Made by a program: the position numbers and the translations under genes. Below the pieces are notes generated by a model. That model was not told the DNA's origin and searched no databases. It saw nothing but the letters and a program-made list of their open reading frames with translations. Below, in pieces: positions 19,815-31,099 of a stretch of 64,000 bases of DNA. Origin of the DNA: Methanobacteriota archaeon (GTDB lineage Archaea; Halobacteriota; Methanosarcinia; Methanosarcinales; Methanosarcinaceae). Location: contig JASGVX010000003.1 of the NCBI GenBank assembly GCA_030054735.1, forward strand, positions 1,532-65,531. The letters run 5' to 3'. Position 1 is the first letter of the stretch, and each line of letters opens with the position of its first letter.

Positions 19815-20885
19815 ATGAAATTACCGGAAAACGAAAAAAATCATGGGTACCCGGCCTGCAGACCGGGTATACCTTTTTATTTAAAATGGAAAAAACCGGC
19901 ATTTATAGTCTTTTTGCTTTTACCTGTACCTGTATTCTTCGTCTCAATTTTCCTTGGAACCTATCCTTTACCCCCTCTGGATCTTCTTAAGGTCCTTCTA
20001 TCCCATATTACAGCATATGAATATAGCTATCCTCCAATTTATGACACCGTCATTTTCAACAGCCGCTTCCCAAGAGTTCTTATTGCAATGATGGTAGGAT
20101 CGGCCCTTTCAATATCAGGAGCCACGTTTCAGGGGATATTTAGAAATCCCCTCGTGAGCCCTTACATCCTTGGACTTTCTTCAGGAGCAGCCTTTGGAGC
20201 TGCACTGTCTATTGCAGTTATCCCTGAACTTCCCGCCCAGATTGGAGCTTTTATCTTCAGCCTGATAGCTCTTGGGTTTTCCTATACAATGGCCAGGGTA
20301 GGAAGGCAGACTTCAACTGTTGCCCTTATACTTTCAGGAGTGATTACATCTTCTGTTTTTGGAGCTTTACTTTCGATAATTCAGTATATAACTGACGAAA
20401 AAGCCGTCCAGAGCATTGTTTACTGGACTATGGGCTGTCTGCACACCTCGTGCTGGTCCAAATTTTATGATGCGTTTCCACTTATACTCACCGGCTGCCT
20501 TATCATATATCTCCTGCGCTGGAAACTTAATGTCCTTGCTCTTGGAGAAGAAGAGGCAAAAGCAGTGGGTATGAATGTTGAGCTTTATAAGGCAGTATTT
20601 ATAACCGCTGCTTCCCTTGCAGCCTCAGCGGCTGTGGCTGTCGCAGGGATTATCGGGCTCCTGGGCCTGATCGTACCTCACATACTTAGAATGATCTTTG
20701 GGCCGGACCACAGGAAGATAATACCTCTTTCAATCACCTTCGGAGCTGCTTTTCTGGCTCTAGTAGACGACATTGCAAGGTCAACATTTGGGTTTGAAAT
20801 CCCTGTCGGGATTATTACCACTCTTCTTGGAGCTCCCTTTTTCCTCTACCTCTTAAGAACTACAAAAATAGGGGGATGGGAATGA
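19815..20885 (+). CDS. FecCD/BtuC-family ABC permease
   Basis: RFPRVL, FRNPLVSPYILG, LGEEEAKAVG, GLIVPH, GAPFF. Confidence 0.93.
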   Translation: MKLPENEKNHGYPACRPGIPFYLKWKKPAFIVFLLLPVPVFFVSIFLGTYPLPPLDLLKVLLSHITAYEYSYPPIYDTVIFNSRFPRVLIAMMVGSALSISGATFQGIFRNPLVSPYILGLSSGAAFGAALSIAVIPELPAQIGAFIFSLIALGFSYTMARVGRQTSTVALILSGVITSSVFGALLSIIQYITDEKAVQSIVYWTMGCLHTSCWSKFYDAFPLILTGCLIIYLLRWKLNVLALGEEEAKAVGMNVELYKAVFITAASLAASAAVAVAGIIGLLGLIVPHILRMIFGPDHRKIIPLSITFGAAFLALVDDIARSTFGFEIPVGIITTLLGAPFFLYLLRTTKIGGWE

Positions 20886-21760
20886 AAGAAAAAAATATTC
20901 AAAAAAATAAAGGCATATCCGTAGAAAACCTGACATTGAGCTATGAGAAAAACCTCGTTTTAAACAATGTCAATTTTTCAATAAAAAAAGGATCTGTAGT
21001 ATCCCTTCTAGGCCCGAATGGTTGTGGAAAAACGACCCTTCTTAAAATCATAAACGGTTTTCTCAGACAGAATGAAGGAACGGTCTATATAGACAGCAGG
21101 AACATAGAGGAAATTGCAAACCGAGAGCTTGCAAAGATTCTGGGACATGTATCCCAGATGCACAAATCCTCCTTTCCATTTTCCGTACTGGACGTCGTAC
21201 TTACAGGACGCATGCCCTATATCTCCATATTTGCAAGCCCAGGAAAAAAAGATATAGAAAAAGCCTATCAGGTCCTGGAATTTATGGGCATAGCACATTT
21301 TGCCCAGAGGCCTTACACCCAGATCAGCGGAGGAGAGCGGCAAATGGTGATGATTGCAAAAGCTCTTGCCCAGGAGCCTGATTTTCTCCTTCTTGACGAG
21401 CCGACTTCCTTTCTTGACCTGAAAAACCAGATCCACGTCCTGAAAACCATCATCAACCTTGCCAGAACCCGGAATATAACCGTGCTGATGACCCTGCATG
21501 AACCAAACTATGCTCTTCTGTTTTCTGATGAGGTCATTCTCCTGAGAAAATTGGAAAACGGAAATTTTACAAACAGACATGAATACAGCCACGGTGCATC
21601 TCCGGAAAAAGCGAAGATTCTGACACTCCCAGAGGAAAATATAGTTAGTTCAGGACCTCCAGAAAAAGTGATGACACCTGAAAAAATAAAAGAAGCTTAT
21701 GGAATAGATGTCGAGGTGCTGGAACATAAAGGGAAAAGGATGATCATCCCTGAAATTTAA
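20882..21760 (+). CDS. ABC transporter ATP-binding protein (FecE/BtuD type)
   Basis: GPNGCGKTT, ISGGERQ, LLLDEPT. Confidence 0.93.
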   Translation: MKEKNIQKNKGISVENLTLSYEKNLVLNNVNFSIKKGSVVSLLGPNGCGKTTLLKIINGFLRQNEGTVYIDSRNIEEIANRELAKILGHVSQMHKSSFPFSVLDVVLTGRMPYISIFASPGKKDIEKAYQVLEFMGIAHFAQRPYTQISGGERQMVMIAKALAQEPDFLLLDEPTSFLDLKNQIHVLKTIINLARTRNITVLMTLHEPNYALLFSDEVILLRKLENGNFTNRHEYSHGASPEKAKILTLPEENIVSSGPPEKVMTPEKIKEAYGIDVEVLEHKGKRMIIPEI

Positions 21761-21927
21761 ACTTCAAAACCAGGGTGAGGGCCTCTTGAAGACCCTTAAA
21801 AAAGCTCTTGAGGATTAATTAAAATTGAAGATGAAAGGACAATAGATTCTCTCATCAATACCCGGAGACACCATCATACTCCAGAGACAAATGATGAAGC
21901 TCAAGCTGAAATTCGAGAAAATAAAAC

Positions 21928-22596
21928 TTAAACCAGACTAATAAGATCCTCCAGTGCTGCCTTTGGGTCTTTAGCTTTCACGATTCCCGAAGCCAGAAGC
22001 ACGCCTTCCGAACCAAGGTCAAGAGCTGCCCTGAGGTCTTCACCTTTTGAAATTCCTGCACCGCAGAGCACTTTTACACCAGGATTGATTTTTGCAACTG
22101 CTTCAACAGAGCCGCTAACAACTCCAGGGTCGGCTTTGGAGACAGGAATTCCACTTCCTATAAGTTCCGGGGGCTCTATTGCAACATAATCAGGACCAAG
22201 GACTGCAGCTGCTGCCGTTGTAGGGACATTATTCGTACATATTACTGTCCTTAGCCCAAATTCTTTTGCAGCCTTTAAGGAAGCTTCAATTTCTGCAAGG
22301 GTCAGACGCCTTTCAGAGTGATTGATTAAAGTTCCTACAGCTCCTGCTTCTTTTATGCATTTTCCGAAAACATGCCCTGTAAAACTCCCTGCCCCTATTC
22401 CATCCAGATGCTGGGAAAAAACCGGAAGTTCAACTTCAGAAGCTACCCTGTAAATATCCGGGAGCTGAGGAGCTACTGCAATTTCGATACCTGACTCTTC
22501 GGACACGGCTTTGCAGGCTTTTGCAATCTCAACTGCTCCCAGCCCTGTTCCCTGTGTATATGTCTTATAGTTCAGTAAAATGAATGGTGAATTCAA
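21928..22596 (-). CDS. tpiA: triosephosphate isomerase (archaeal type)
   Basis: LNYKTY, NHSERR, AIEPPELIGSG, LLASG. Confidence 0.97.
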   Translation of the reverse strand: MNSPFILLNYKTYTQGTGLGAVEIAKACKAVSEESGIEIAVAPQLPDIYRVASEVELPVFSQHLDGIGAGSFTGHVFGKCIKEAGAVGTLINHSERRLTLAEIEASLKAAKEFGLRTVICTNNVPTTAAAAVLGPDYVAIEPPELIGSGIPVSKADPGVVSGSVEAVAKINPGVKVLCGAGISKGEDLRAALDLGSEGVLLASGIVKAKDPKAALEDLISLV

Positions 22597-22783
22597 AGAA
22601 GGTGCCCTCCTGAAAAATGAAAATAAAATGGAGAGGAAAAAGCATGGAAATCCACACTTTCTCCAATGGTCTCTGCCGGAAGTTTTGCCGTAATTTTGCT
22701 ATTAACGGTTTACTATCTGTTCTTAAGAATTTCCATAATAGCTGTATTAGCAGTTTTCCGGCAGCTCTTTTTTCAAAGCCTGC

Positions 22784-23962
22784 TCAGAAGTCGGTCATGA
22801 TCCTGAACTGGTCAATTTCAGGCTTGTTTAAGCTGTTGATAAACTGTCCGGCTGCTTCCCGGATGTCCTTTGCTCCTGCAATGGCTCTTCCGACCACAAG
22901 GATATCAGCACCCTGACTAAGCGCTACAGGCACATTGTCGAGGCGGACTCCGCCCGCAACTGCAACAAGAGTCCTTGGAGCGATCTTCTTGATTTCAGCG
23001 ATATTGCCCCAGGCGTGTTCTGTGTTTTCAATGTCGATTCCGCGGTGGAGCTCAATTACATCGGGCATAGTTTTGAGCTGCTTTAAGACAGAAATCGGGT
23101 CGGGATGGTTAAGAGTATCCATAACTGCGTAGATGCCTGTCTTGTGGGCTTCCTCAATGAGCTTGTCAATGGTGCTGATAGGTGCAAGGGCTGATACTAC
23201 GATAGCATCACCTGCTGCATCTGCAACCATTCTGGCTTCAAGGTTCCCGGTGTCCAAGGTCTTTAAGTCAGCAACAATGAAGGCATCAGGCCTGACCTCT
23301 CTGATCTTCGAAACCACGTCCATGCCATAGCGCTTGACAAGGGGTGTGCCTGCTTCGATAATGACGTGGTCGCTCTTCGGGATCTGGGAGATAGCCGAAA
23401 GGACAAACTCGAGGTTCGGGTTGTCAAAGGCAATCTGCAGGTATGGTGGGTCCCAGAGCCTTGTGACTTTAAAGCCCATGATAGCGTGTGTTGACTTGTT
23501 GCTTTCCTCAAGCACGGTATCGATGTCCGGGAAGCCTTTTAGTGCTCTCTTGATTGCGAGCTTTGTGGCTCCGTAGTTATACCTGTAGATTTTATTGTAG
23601 TCCTGAGCATCAGGGTGGATAAAGACACTTGCTACGATAACAATGTCTTCAACCTGGTCCTTCGGGATCACGCCTTCTTCTACAGAATCTGCTACTGCTT
23701 TTGCAACAGCTGACTGGGCAGGCCCGAAAATCCTTGCTGCCTGATCCATATTCTTTACTGTAACCTTCGGGATAATAAGGGTCGAAGGCTTGGGCGGCAG
23801 GTTTGGCCTGATAACTGAAAGGAGAGGGGTGTGTCCGGCTGAGAGTTGTGTAAGGCCATTTGCGAAAGCCTGTCCTACAGGACCTTCCTTGTCTCCTATC
23901 ATCAAATCAACATGGGCAAGTTCTGAGCCCTGTCCCATTAATGCTTCTCCTATCTGAAACAT
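22784..23962 (-). CDS. fae-hps: bifunctional formaldehyde-activating enzyme / 3-hexulose-6-phosphate synthase
   Basis: Fae domain (IGEAL...AHVDL...GPAQ...YNYGAT) fused to an HPS domain (IEAGTPL, ADLKTLD, VAGG). Confidence 0.96.
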   Translation of the reverse strand: MFQIGEALMGQGSELAHVDLMIGDKEGPVGQAFANGLTQLSAGHTPLLSVIRPNLPPKPSTLIIPKVTVKNMDQAARIFGPAQSAVAKAVADSVEEGVIPKDQVEDIVIVASVFIHPDAQDYNKIYRYNYGATKLAIKRALKGFPDIDTVLEESNKSTHAIMGFKVTRLWDPPYLQIAFDNPNLEFVLSAISQIPKSDHVIIEAGTPLVKRYGMDVVSKIREVRPDAFIVADLKTLDTGNLEARMVADAAGDAIVVSALAPISTIDKLIEEAHKTGIYAVMDTLNHPDPISVLKQLKTMPDVIELHRGIDIENTEHAWGNIAEIKKIAPRTLVAVAGGVRLDNVPVALSQGADILVVGRAIAGAKDIREAAGQFINSLNKPEIDQFRIMTDF

Positions 23963-24239
23963 GTTTAACCTCGCGAGTTGGTAAATGTGAGATGCAGATT
24001 ACTGATAACATATGTTGTGCAGAGTATTAGATAATATACGTGTAAAGTATACGTGTAAAGTATGATAGCTGTGCACCTGAAATGAATCTGTCATAGAATT
24101 CTGGGATTAGCATAACCCTTTTGCCTGCTTAATGCCAGCTTTATATAAATAATCTCGTATCCCTAATAAGAATTTTCCACCCCTGTACAACGCCTTACGG
24201 TTTTGATTCTATAGTTTTAATAGTTTCAGAAACTCCTGA

Positions 24240-24863
24240 TTAAATGAGAATTTTAGGGCATATATCGTTCAGGACGCAAATTCCGCACCTCGGAGATACA
24301 GGCCGGCAGACATTTTGCCCGAATTTTACAAGCAAAATATTTACGTGCCTCCAGTATTTTTGCGGAAGGGCCTTTTTTAATTTTATTTCTGTCTCTTCAG
24401 GATTATTTGTCGCTACCAGCCCAAGCCTGTTAGATATCCTGTGTACATGTGTATCGACAGCAAGGGCGTCTTCTTTAAGGAATGCATGAGCAAGAACGCA
24501 GTTAGCTGTTTTCCTGCCAACTCCGGGAAGTTTCAAAAGAGCCTCCATCTCGTCCGGGACTCTGCCGTTGTATTCCTCCAGTAAAATTCTGGAGATTTCC
24601 TTTATCCTTCCAGCTTTGACTCTATAAAAACCAACATCTCTAATAAGCGCTTCAATCTCCTCAACATCAGCTTCGACCATTTCCTCAGGGGTTGAAAATC
24701 TTTCAAAAAGCTTCTCTGCTGCAGGATAGGTCACATCGTCCCGGGTCCTGTGCGACATGACAGTGGAGATTAATGCAAAAAAGGGCTCCCGTATGTCTAC
24801 AGTACATCCATCAGGATAAAGTTCGAAAAGCCTCTGCATGAGTTCATCAATATCCATGCCCAT
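24240..24863 (-). CDS. nth: endonuclease III
   Basis: HhH motif LPGVGRKTA, AVDTHVHR, CRPVSPRC..C......C Fe-S motif. Confidence 0.95.
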   Translation of the reverse strand: MGMDIDELMQRLFELYPDGCTVDIREPFFALISTVMSHRTRDDVTYPAAEKLFERFSTPEEMVEADVEEIEALIRDVGFYRVKAGRIKEISRILLEEYNGRVPDEMEALLKLPGVGRKTANCVLAHAFLKEDALAVDTHVHRISNRLGLVATNNPEETEIKLKKALPQKYWRHVNILLVKFGQNVCRPVSPRCGICVLNDICPKILI

Positions 24864-25044
24864 AATTAGTATCCTCCTGATATAAAAATACCAGATTAGA
24901 GCATAACTGATTTAACTGAAAAAACAAAGCAGACCCTCTGGGGAAGTCTGAATTAAAGACAAAATAAATTTGAAAAGTTTTTAGAAAAGGCAAAAAAGCA
25001 AAAAAGAAACAAAGTATAAAAAGAGAAACTTAAAATGTTTAAAA

Positions 25045-25116
25045 AGCCAAGGTCCGGATTCGAACCGGAATGGTATCGCTCTGCAGGCGATTGCGTAGCC
25101 GCTCCGCCACCTTGGC
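25045..25116 (-). tRNA. tRNA-Cys (GCA)
   Basis: Reverse strand GCCAAGG...CTGCAGA...GGTTCGAATCC...CCTTGGCT. Confidence 0.96.
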
Positions 25117-25185
25117 ACAAAATGGATTTGCTTAAAGCACTTTATTGAATATATAGTTTTGGTTAAATTACTTTTAAAAGAGAAA

Positions 25186-25257
25186 AGCCAAGATCCGGAT
25201 TCGAACCGGAATGGTATCGCTCTGCAGGCGATTGCGTAGCCGCTCCGCCATCTTGGC
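25186..25257 (-). tRNA. tRNA-Cys (GCA), second copy
   Basis: Same sequence but acceptor pair 7:66 is A:T instead of G:C. Confidence 0.96.
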
Positions 25258-25306
25258 ACTATTGATCACGTACTGGTCGTGTAGATGCAATTAAAGTAAT
25301 TTCTTG

Positions 25307-25314
25307 TATATAAA
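25307..25314 (-). promoter_or_regulatory. TATA box of the tRNA-Cys pair
   Basis: Minus-strand TTTATATA about 50 nt upstream of the upstream tRNA-Cys. Confidence 0.55.
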
Positions 25315-25377
25315 TATTTAGCTTGAAGAAATAAATCTGAAGAATTTGATATAAACATTAGAAAAATAATAAATAAT

Positions 25378-25423
25378 TTCAAGGAAGGAAATCTCAAGGA
25401 AGGAAATCTCAAGGAAGGAAATA
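25378..25423. repeat. 15-bp tandem repeat (tcaaggaaggaaatc) x3
   Basis: Directly visible tandem. Confidence 0.85.
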
Positions 25424-26093
25424 ATCAAATTAGGGGGAAGGAAGATCCGAAAATGGCCTCAGCAGGAATGCTCTTGATGAATATTTTAAGAGGAGTTTAC
25501 TCAAGTTTTTCTGGAATACAACCCTTATTTAACAGATTCAGTTAATTAATAGAGAATTTTATTACACAAAACACAGCGCATTGACATATTATATTTAAGT
25601 AATATAGTAAATATCAAAAAATCATAAGATTCAAGACAAAACATTTCATTCTATGATGAAAACAGAAGCATGAAGCCCATTTAGACATTATATACTTTAT
25701 GCCTCTGTAAAACTTAGGATCAAAAGTACAAACTCTCAAGTCAGAACTTCCTTAATTACATAGAAAAATTGGATGAAGAAACGATTCGAAAATTTGCATT
25801 AAATGTCTCAGTTAAAGCTTTGGAAACGGAAATAGAAAGTATTTCAATGAAGGAAAAAGGTCGAAAATCCGGGAAATTTTGAAAATACATTTTTGAGTAT
25901 CCTGGTGTATTCCAGAAAAACGATAGCATGAAAAATTGAAGGATCTCTGTGGAAAGCCGGCTGAAATTTTGAAAACAAATTACAAAAATTCAAGTGGAAT
26001 GAAGATCAAGAACGCGTTTTATGTGTAATTAGTATCATTGTTTAAATACACCATATAAAGACGCTACTTAAGTACACCTGCTCCCCAGAATCA

Positions 26094-26354
26094 TTACCTG
26101 TACAGCACAACTGTCCTGCCGCGTATATCAATAAGTGTGGACCTTGTGGCTTCGGCAAGCTCATCTGCAATAGTTTTCAAGTCCTTTCCTTCTTCTGCAC
26201 TTTTGAGTACTTTGACTTTTACAAGCCTGTTAGCTTTTATCTGCTTGTTCAGTTCTTCGATCAAAGCATCGGTGACCCCATTCTTTCCAATATTAAGAAC
26301 AGGATTTAGTTTGCTTGCATCGGATTTCAGCTGGTATAATTTTTCTTTCTCCAT
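26094..26354 (-). CDS. YhbY/CRM-domain RNA-binding protein
   Basis: LNIGKNG...LVKVK...RGRTVVLYR. Confidence 0.92.
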   Translation of the reverse strand: MEKEKLYQLKSDASKLNPVLNIGKNGVTDALIEELNKQIKANRLVKVKVLKSAEEGKDLKTIADELAEATRSTLIDIRGRTVVLYR

Positions 26355-26686
26355 TACCCTTCCTCACATCGCTAATGATTAAACCGTCTGCCAGTTATAA
26401 AAAGCTCACATCATCAATAAATGAGATATGTATAAATCGGTGAAATAATTCCTTTTACCTTAAAGCCAGTTTACCCTGAATATAATTCCACCCAATCACA
26501 GCAGCACCTATATCAAAGTTTCCAGGTGAACCTGATTTCAGCTTACAGCCAGACTCCAGACCCTTATAGTCATTCATTTTTACCCTGTACAGGCTTTGCG
26601 TTAATAGATTCGAAGCGGACAGGGATTTCAAACAATTTCAACATCTTATTCTTGATTTGAGGGACCTAAAAAATATGCGAAAAAAT

Positions 26687-27625
26687 TCATTTACGTTCTC
26701 CAAGGAAAACCATCACCCCTGCAGGTGAAGCTCTTTTGTAGATTTTCTCCAGTGATTCAAGCAGGTCTTCTTCACCGCACCAGAAGGGGAATTTTCCAAG
26801 CCTTTTCGGAAGAGCGGCTGGAACTGGAGGTATATGAGCCTCAATGGAGCAGATTTTTTCCTCTTCAGTGTATTCAGGGAGCCTTCCCCAGAAAACTTCA
26901 GGATCAAGGGGAAGAAGCTCAGGAGAAACTGGAGAGATTTCAGCTTCGAATGCAGTTCTGGTTTTATCATCAGGCCTTTCTGTAAGAACCCCCACTTCTG
27001 CTACCCGGTCTACAGTTTCCGGAACAAAGCCCTTTCCGATAATAGACATAAAATCGTCCATATCCACGCCCCTTAGCTTAAAGATAAGGAAGGGATCTCT
27101 ATCAAATTCTTCCCCAAGCAGGTAATAGACGGCTGCAATGTGCTTACATGGGTTTGACCAATCAGGACAGGAGCAGTCTGTTTCAAGGTCGTCGAGTGTT
27201 TCAGGAAAGAGAGAGAGTCCTATTTCCCTGAATGAAGAGTCGATATCTGCAGGCATCTCTCCTGCGAGGAGCTTTGCCGCAAAGATTGGTTTCAGAGCAA
27301 GTTTTTCTGCAAGGAGTTCCCATTCGGAGCCGGTCAGGGTCCTGACTTTGATCGTTACCGAATAGGGCTTGGGGTCCGAACCCTGGACTTTAGCCCTTAC
27401 AAATCCGGTCTCTATTTTTATAGAGGTTACCTGTCCTTTACGGGCATAGCTTTTTCCGCGGCTTAACCTGGCACCCAGATTAAAGCTTTCAAGGGTTTCA
27501 ATCCAGCGTTTTGCCCACCAGCTCTTGACAAAGCTTCCACGTTTGGATTGTGCCTTGATGCCTCCTTTAACCTCAATTGGCTTTGTGGGCTCATAATAAC
27601 CATAGCCGTTCCAGTAAGCTGCCAT
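26687..27625 (-). CDS. SWIM zinc-finger protein (SNF2 partner)
   Basis: CSCPDWSNPCKHIAA; RLSRGKSYARKGQV; DPFLIFKLRG. Confidence 0.92.
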   Translation of the reverse strand: MAAYWNGYGYYEPTKPIEVKGGIKAQSKRGSFVKSWWAKRWIETLESFNLGARLSRGKSYARKGQVTSIKIETGFVRAKVQGSDPKPYSVTIKVRTLTGSEWELLAEKLALKPIFAAKLLAGEMPADIDSSFREIGLSLFPETLDDLETDCSCPDWSNPCKHIAAVYYLLGEEFDRDPFLIFKLRGVDMDDFMSIIGKGFVPETVDRVAEVGVLTERPDDKTRTAFEAEISPVSPELLPLDPEVFWGRLPEYTEEEKICSIEAHIPPVPAALPKRLGKFPFWCGEEDLLESLEKIYKRASPAGVMVFLGERK

Positions 27626-27626
27626 T

Positions 27627-30600
27627 TTATTCACCTACCGCTTCTTCTCGAAGAGCAAAAATATCTTTCAGTTCATCATTGGAAAGTTCTGTCAGCCAGC
27701 CTTCCCCTGTTCCGACGACGTTCTCTGCGACCTCTACTTTACGCTCGATAATCTCATCTATTTTTTCTTCAAGTGTTCCTGCACAGATGAACTTATGCAC
27801 CCCAACGTTTTTCGTCTGGCCTATACGGAATGCCCTGTCTGTAGCCTGATTTTCAACAGCCGGGTTCCACCAGCGGTCAAAGTGGAAAACGTGATTGGCT
27901 CCAGTAAGGTTAAGCCCCGTACCTCCGGCTTTCAGGGAAAGGACAAAAATAGGCAGGTATTCTTTTCCCTCCTGGAAGCGCTCAATCATCCGGTCCCTCT
28001 GTTTTCTGGGAACTTCCCCGTGCAGGAAAAGGACTTCACAGCCGAAACTTGCCTGCAGGTGTTCTTTTAGCATTCTGCCCATCTCCGCAAACTGGGTGAA
28101 AACAAGGGCTTTTTCCCCATTTTCCAGGACTGTATCCAAAATTTCAGTAAGCCTTGCGACTTTTCCTGACCTGCCGGGTACAGCGGAGTTATCCTTCAAA
28201 AACTGTGCAGGATGATTACAGACCTGCTTTAACCTGGTAAGGGCAGACAGGATTATGCCTTTTCTCTGAATTCCTTCTTCAGCTTCTTCCATTGCATCTC
28301 CAATGTCTTCGAGGACTGCAGCATAGAGGGAAGCCTGTTCTTTTGTAAGTGTACAATAGGTTTTCATCTCTATTTTTTCCGGCAGGTCGGAGATGATCGA
28401 AGTATCTGTCTTCAAACGGCGCAGGATGAAGGGACCGGTAATTTCTTTTAGCCTCCTTGCAGCCTCAGGATCTCTTTCAGCCTGAATGGGGATAAAGAAA
28501 TTCCGCTTGAAACCTGCCTGGCTACCAAGGAAACCGGGGTTTAAAAACTCCATTATGGACCAGAGGTCGCCTACATTATTTTCAACCGGAGTCCCTGTAA
28601 GGGCTATGCGGTAATCAGCTTCCAGAGCCCTGGCTGCCTTTGCCTGTTTGGTTTCCGGGTTTTTGATATTCTGGGCTTCGTCAAGTACAACTCCGGCCCA
28701 GGAAACTCCTTTTAAAAACTCAAGATCGCGCTGCAAAAGGCCATAGCTTGAGATGACGATAGCATGACTCAGGGCTTCCGTTGTGAATTCCTCTTTCTTT
28801 TTCCGGCTGGTCCCGTGGTGAACCATCACCGAAAGTTCCGGGGTAAAGCGGGCAGCCTCTTTTTTCCAGTTGTTTATAACAGAGGTAGGACAGACAAGAA
28901 GAACCGGTTTTTGGTTTTTATGTCCATCAACTTTTTCAACCTGCTCTTTAACCTGTTCCATGTCGTGCTGGATAAGAGCTAAAGTCTGGACGGTTTTACC
29001 AAGCCCCATGTCGTCTGCAAGGCAGGCCCCTATGCCCCACTGTCTCAGGAAAGCAAGCCAGGAGTAACCACGGAACTGGTATGGACGAAGAGTTCCTGAA
29101 AATCCACTGGGAGCCGGAAGTTCTTCAAATCCGGATTTGTCCTTTAAGCGGCTGATTAATTCTCCGATCCAGCCGGCTGCATTAAGCCCTTCAACGTCCA
29201 GACCATTGGCTTTTTCAGAAGCTCCCACTGCCATTTTTAGAACATCGCGCAGACTTGCTTCTCCCTGGGGGTTTTTCTTCCAGAAATCAAGAGCAGCACG
29301 AATTTCCGCATCGTTTACCTCTACCCACTGCCCGCGGAATTTCACAAGCGGAGCTTTGAGTTTTGCAAGAGCCTGCAGTTCTCTGACTGTTAATACCCGG
29401 TCACCAAGAGCGATTTCCCAGTCAAAGCTTACTATTTTTTCGAGGGTTAGCCCGCTTCCGGCCTGCAACTCTTTCTTGCCCTTAACTTTTGCCTGGGCTT
29501 TCAGATGGGTTTTTGTGCCTTTACGTGTCCACCAGCCAGGGAGAAGCAGCCCAAAGCCGGCCTGGCTTAAGTTTGCTGCGCTTTCGGTCAGGAAGCGGTA
29601 AGCCTCTTTCGTATCAAGGGAATATCCGGAGGGGTTGGGAGCCTCAAGACTGAAAGCAATTTCTGCACTGATACTGGAAGCCTGCCCAAGGGAAGATAAT
29701 AGAAATTGGCGAATATTTTTTACATCGTATTTTTTCAACGGGCTGCCCTTCTTTGGCTTCCATGCCTCTTTTACAGGGATCAGAAGGCTTGGGTCTTCGT
29801 AGGACTGAAGCAGGTAGCGGACATACCAGAGCCCTTCGGGAACTTCTATATCAGCTATCCCTTCCCTGCTTTTTTTAGTATCTCTTCTCCCGGCTTCGGG
29901 TTCTTCGAGCTCTTCTTCTACAGCCGGTTCTTCCAGCCTGAAACAGAACCTGAAGGGAGAAGTGGTAAGGACCTTGAGGGGACGCTGCCATTCACGGGAC
30001 CGGGACGCAAGTTGAAGAAGTTCTTTTTCGTCTCCATAGATCAGCCCTTCAGGGCTTTTAAGAGCAGAAACCCAGGCGTCATGGATGCTATCAAATGATT
30101 TTCTTTTGTGCGTCTCTTTTGAAAGCTTTTTTTCTCCAATCTCGGAGCGGACTATCTGGTCAAGAGCATCTTCAATAAACTGCCTTGCTACTAAAGCTGC
30201 AGGCATTTCCGGCGGCATGGAAGAGGCTTCAGGAGCAAGAGCCCTTGCAGCAGGAGGCATTTGCTTTGCCAGCTTTGCCAGCTCTCCTGCATCTTCTCCG
30301 GAAAATACGGGTTCCCAGAAAGCCCTGTACTCTTCTTCCCCGACTCTGACCCCGGGAAGGTATTTCTGTCCTGCTACCAGCGAGCCTGCAAATTTCAGGG
30401 CATCTGCCCACCAGAGGAGGTCATTTCCCGAGATTATGCCGGGAGCAAGAACCCGTTTCCCCATACAGGTGCAGAGGAGAAGAATAGCTTCTTCAGTTTC
30501 CAGAGGATATGCATGAACAGTCCAGGGAGCCAGTGAAGGTTCTGCTTTTGAATCAGGGATTTCAGCAACAAGAGGGCTTGAAGGGAGAGGAATCCCGCCT

Positions 30601-30827
30601 ACCGTAGGGACCCAGACGTTGATTTTCTCTGCCATTTTCCGGCCATTAATGCCCAGCAGCTCAAGAGTGGAAGACAGGTTTTCAAATCCCGAATCATAAG
30701 GATAAGGCTTTACAATAGGATTTTTAGGCTTTCTCCCACGCCGAACAAGCGGAATTTCATTTTCAGACGGACTTTCGCCCCATAAGAAGAACTGTTTTCC
30801 GACTCTTCCTGCATGAAGAATTATCAT
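27627..30827 (-). CDS. SNF2-family helicase with DUF3670-type N-terminal region
   Basis: LRPYQ, LADDMGLGKT, LDEAQNIKN, LTGTPVEN, SLKAGGTGLN, DRWWNPAVENQATDRA. Confidence 0.95.
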   Translation of the reverse strand: MIILHAGRVGKQFFLWGESPSENEIPLVRRGRKPKNPIVKPYPYDSGFENLSSTLELLGINGRKMAEKINVWVPTVGGIPLPSSPLVAEIPDSKAEPSLAPWTVHAYPLETEEAILLLCTCMGKRVLAPGIISGNDLLWWADALKFAGSLVAGQKYLPGVRVGEEEYRAFWEPVFSGEDAGELAKLAKQMPPAARALAPEASSMPPEMPAALVARQFIEDALDQIVRSEIGEKKLSKETHKRKSFDSIHDAWVSALKSPEGLIYGDEKELLQLASRSREWQRPLKVLTTSPFRFCFRLEEPAVEEELEEPEAGRRDTKKSREGIADIEVPEGLWYVRYLLQSYEDPSLLIPVKEAWKPKKGSPLKKYDVKNIRQFLLSSLGQASSISAEIAFSLEAPNPSGYSLDTKEAYRFLTESAANLSQAGFGLLLPGWWTRKGTKTHLKAQAKVKGKKELQAGSGLTLEKIVSFDWEIALGDRVLTVRELQALAKLKAPLVKFRGQWVEVNDAEIRAALDFWKKNPQGEASLRDVLKMAVGASEKANGLDVEGLNAAGWIGELISRLKDKSGFEELPAPSGFSGTLRPYQFRGYSWLAFLRQWGIGACLADDMGLGKTVQTLALIQHDMEQVKEQVEKVDGHKNQKPVLLVCPTSVINNWKKEAARFTPELSVMVHHGTSRKKKEEFTTEALSHAIVISSYGLLQRDLEFLKGVSWAGVVLDEAQNIKNPETKQAKAARALEADYRIALTGTPVENNVGDLWSIMEFLNPGFLGSQAGFKRNFFIPIQAERDPEAARRLKEITGPFILRRLKTDTSIISDLPEKIEMKTYCTLTKEQASLYAAVLEDIGDAMEEAEEGIQRKGIILSALTRLKQVCNHPAQFLKDNSAVPGRSGKVARLTEILDTVLENGEKALVFTQFAEMGRMLKEHLQASFGCEVLFLHGEVPRKQRDRMIERFQEGKEYLPIFVLSLKAGGTGLNLTGANHVFHFDRWWNPAVENQATDRAFRIGQTKNVGVHKFICAGTLEEKIDEIIERKVEVAENVVGTGEGWLTELSNDELKDIFALREEAVGE

Positions 30828-31099
30828 ATATTTGTATAAAGAAGGAAGATATATTAAAAATGATAGGGGACAAGCCATTTCAAGGGTTTGATTTTACAAT
30901 AGATATTCCGTAGAATTTCCGGCTTATTATTGATGCGTTTCTTTTATCTGGTTATTGAAATTGAAAGTTCGGCAGTGTAATATAGGGTGAGTTGAAAATA
31001 CTTTAAAAAACCGAAGGTTTTGATTTTAGAAAGCATTTTCTAGAGGGATTATATAGTAATTACCCCCAAAATCACTTATTAAATCTTAAAGGTGATGAA

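Noticed and set aside
24981-25259. 92-aa ORF with an internal repeat
   Set aside because: It is a translation of the two tRNA-Cys genes.
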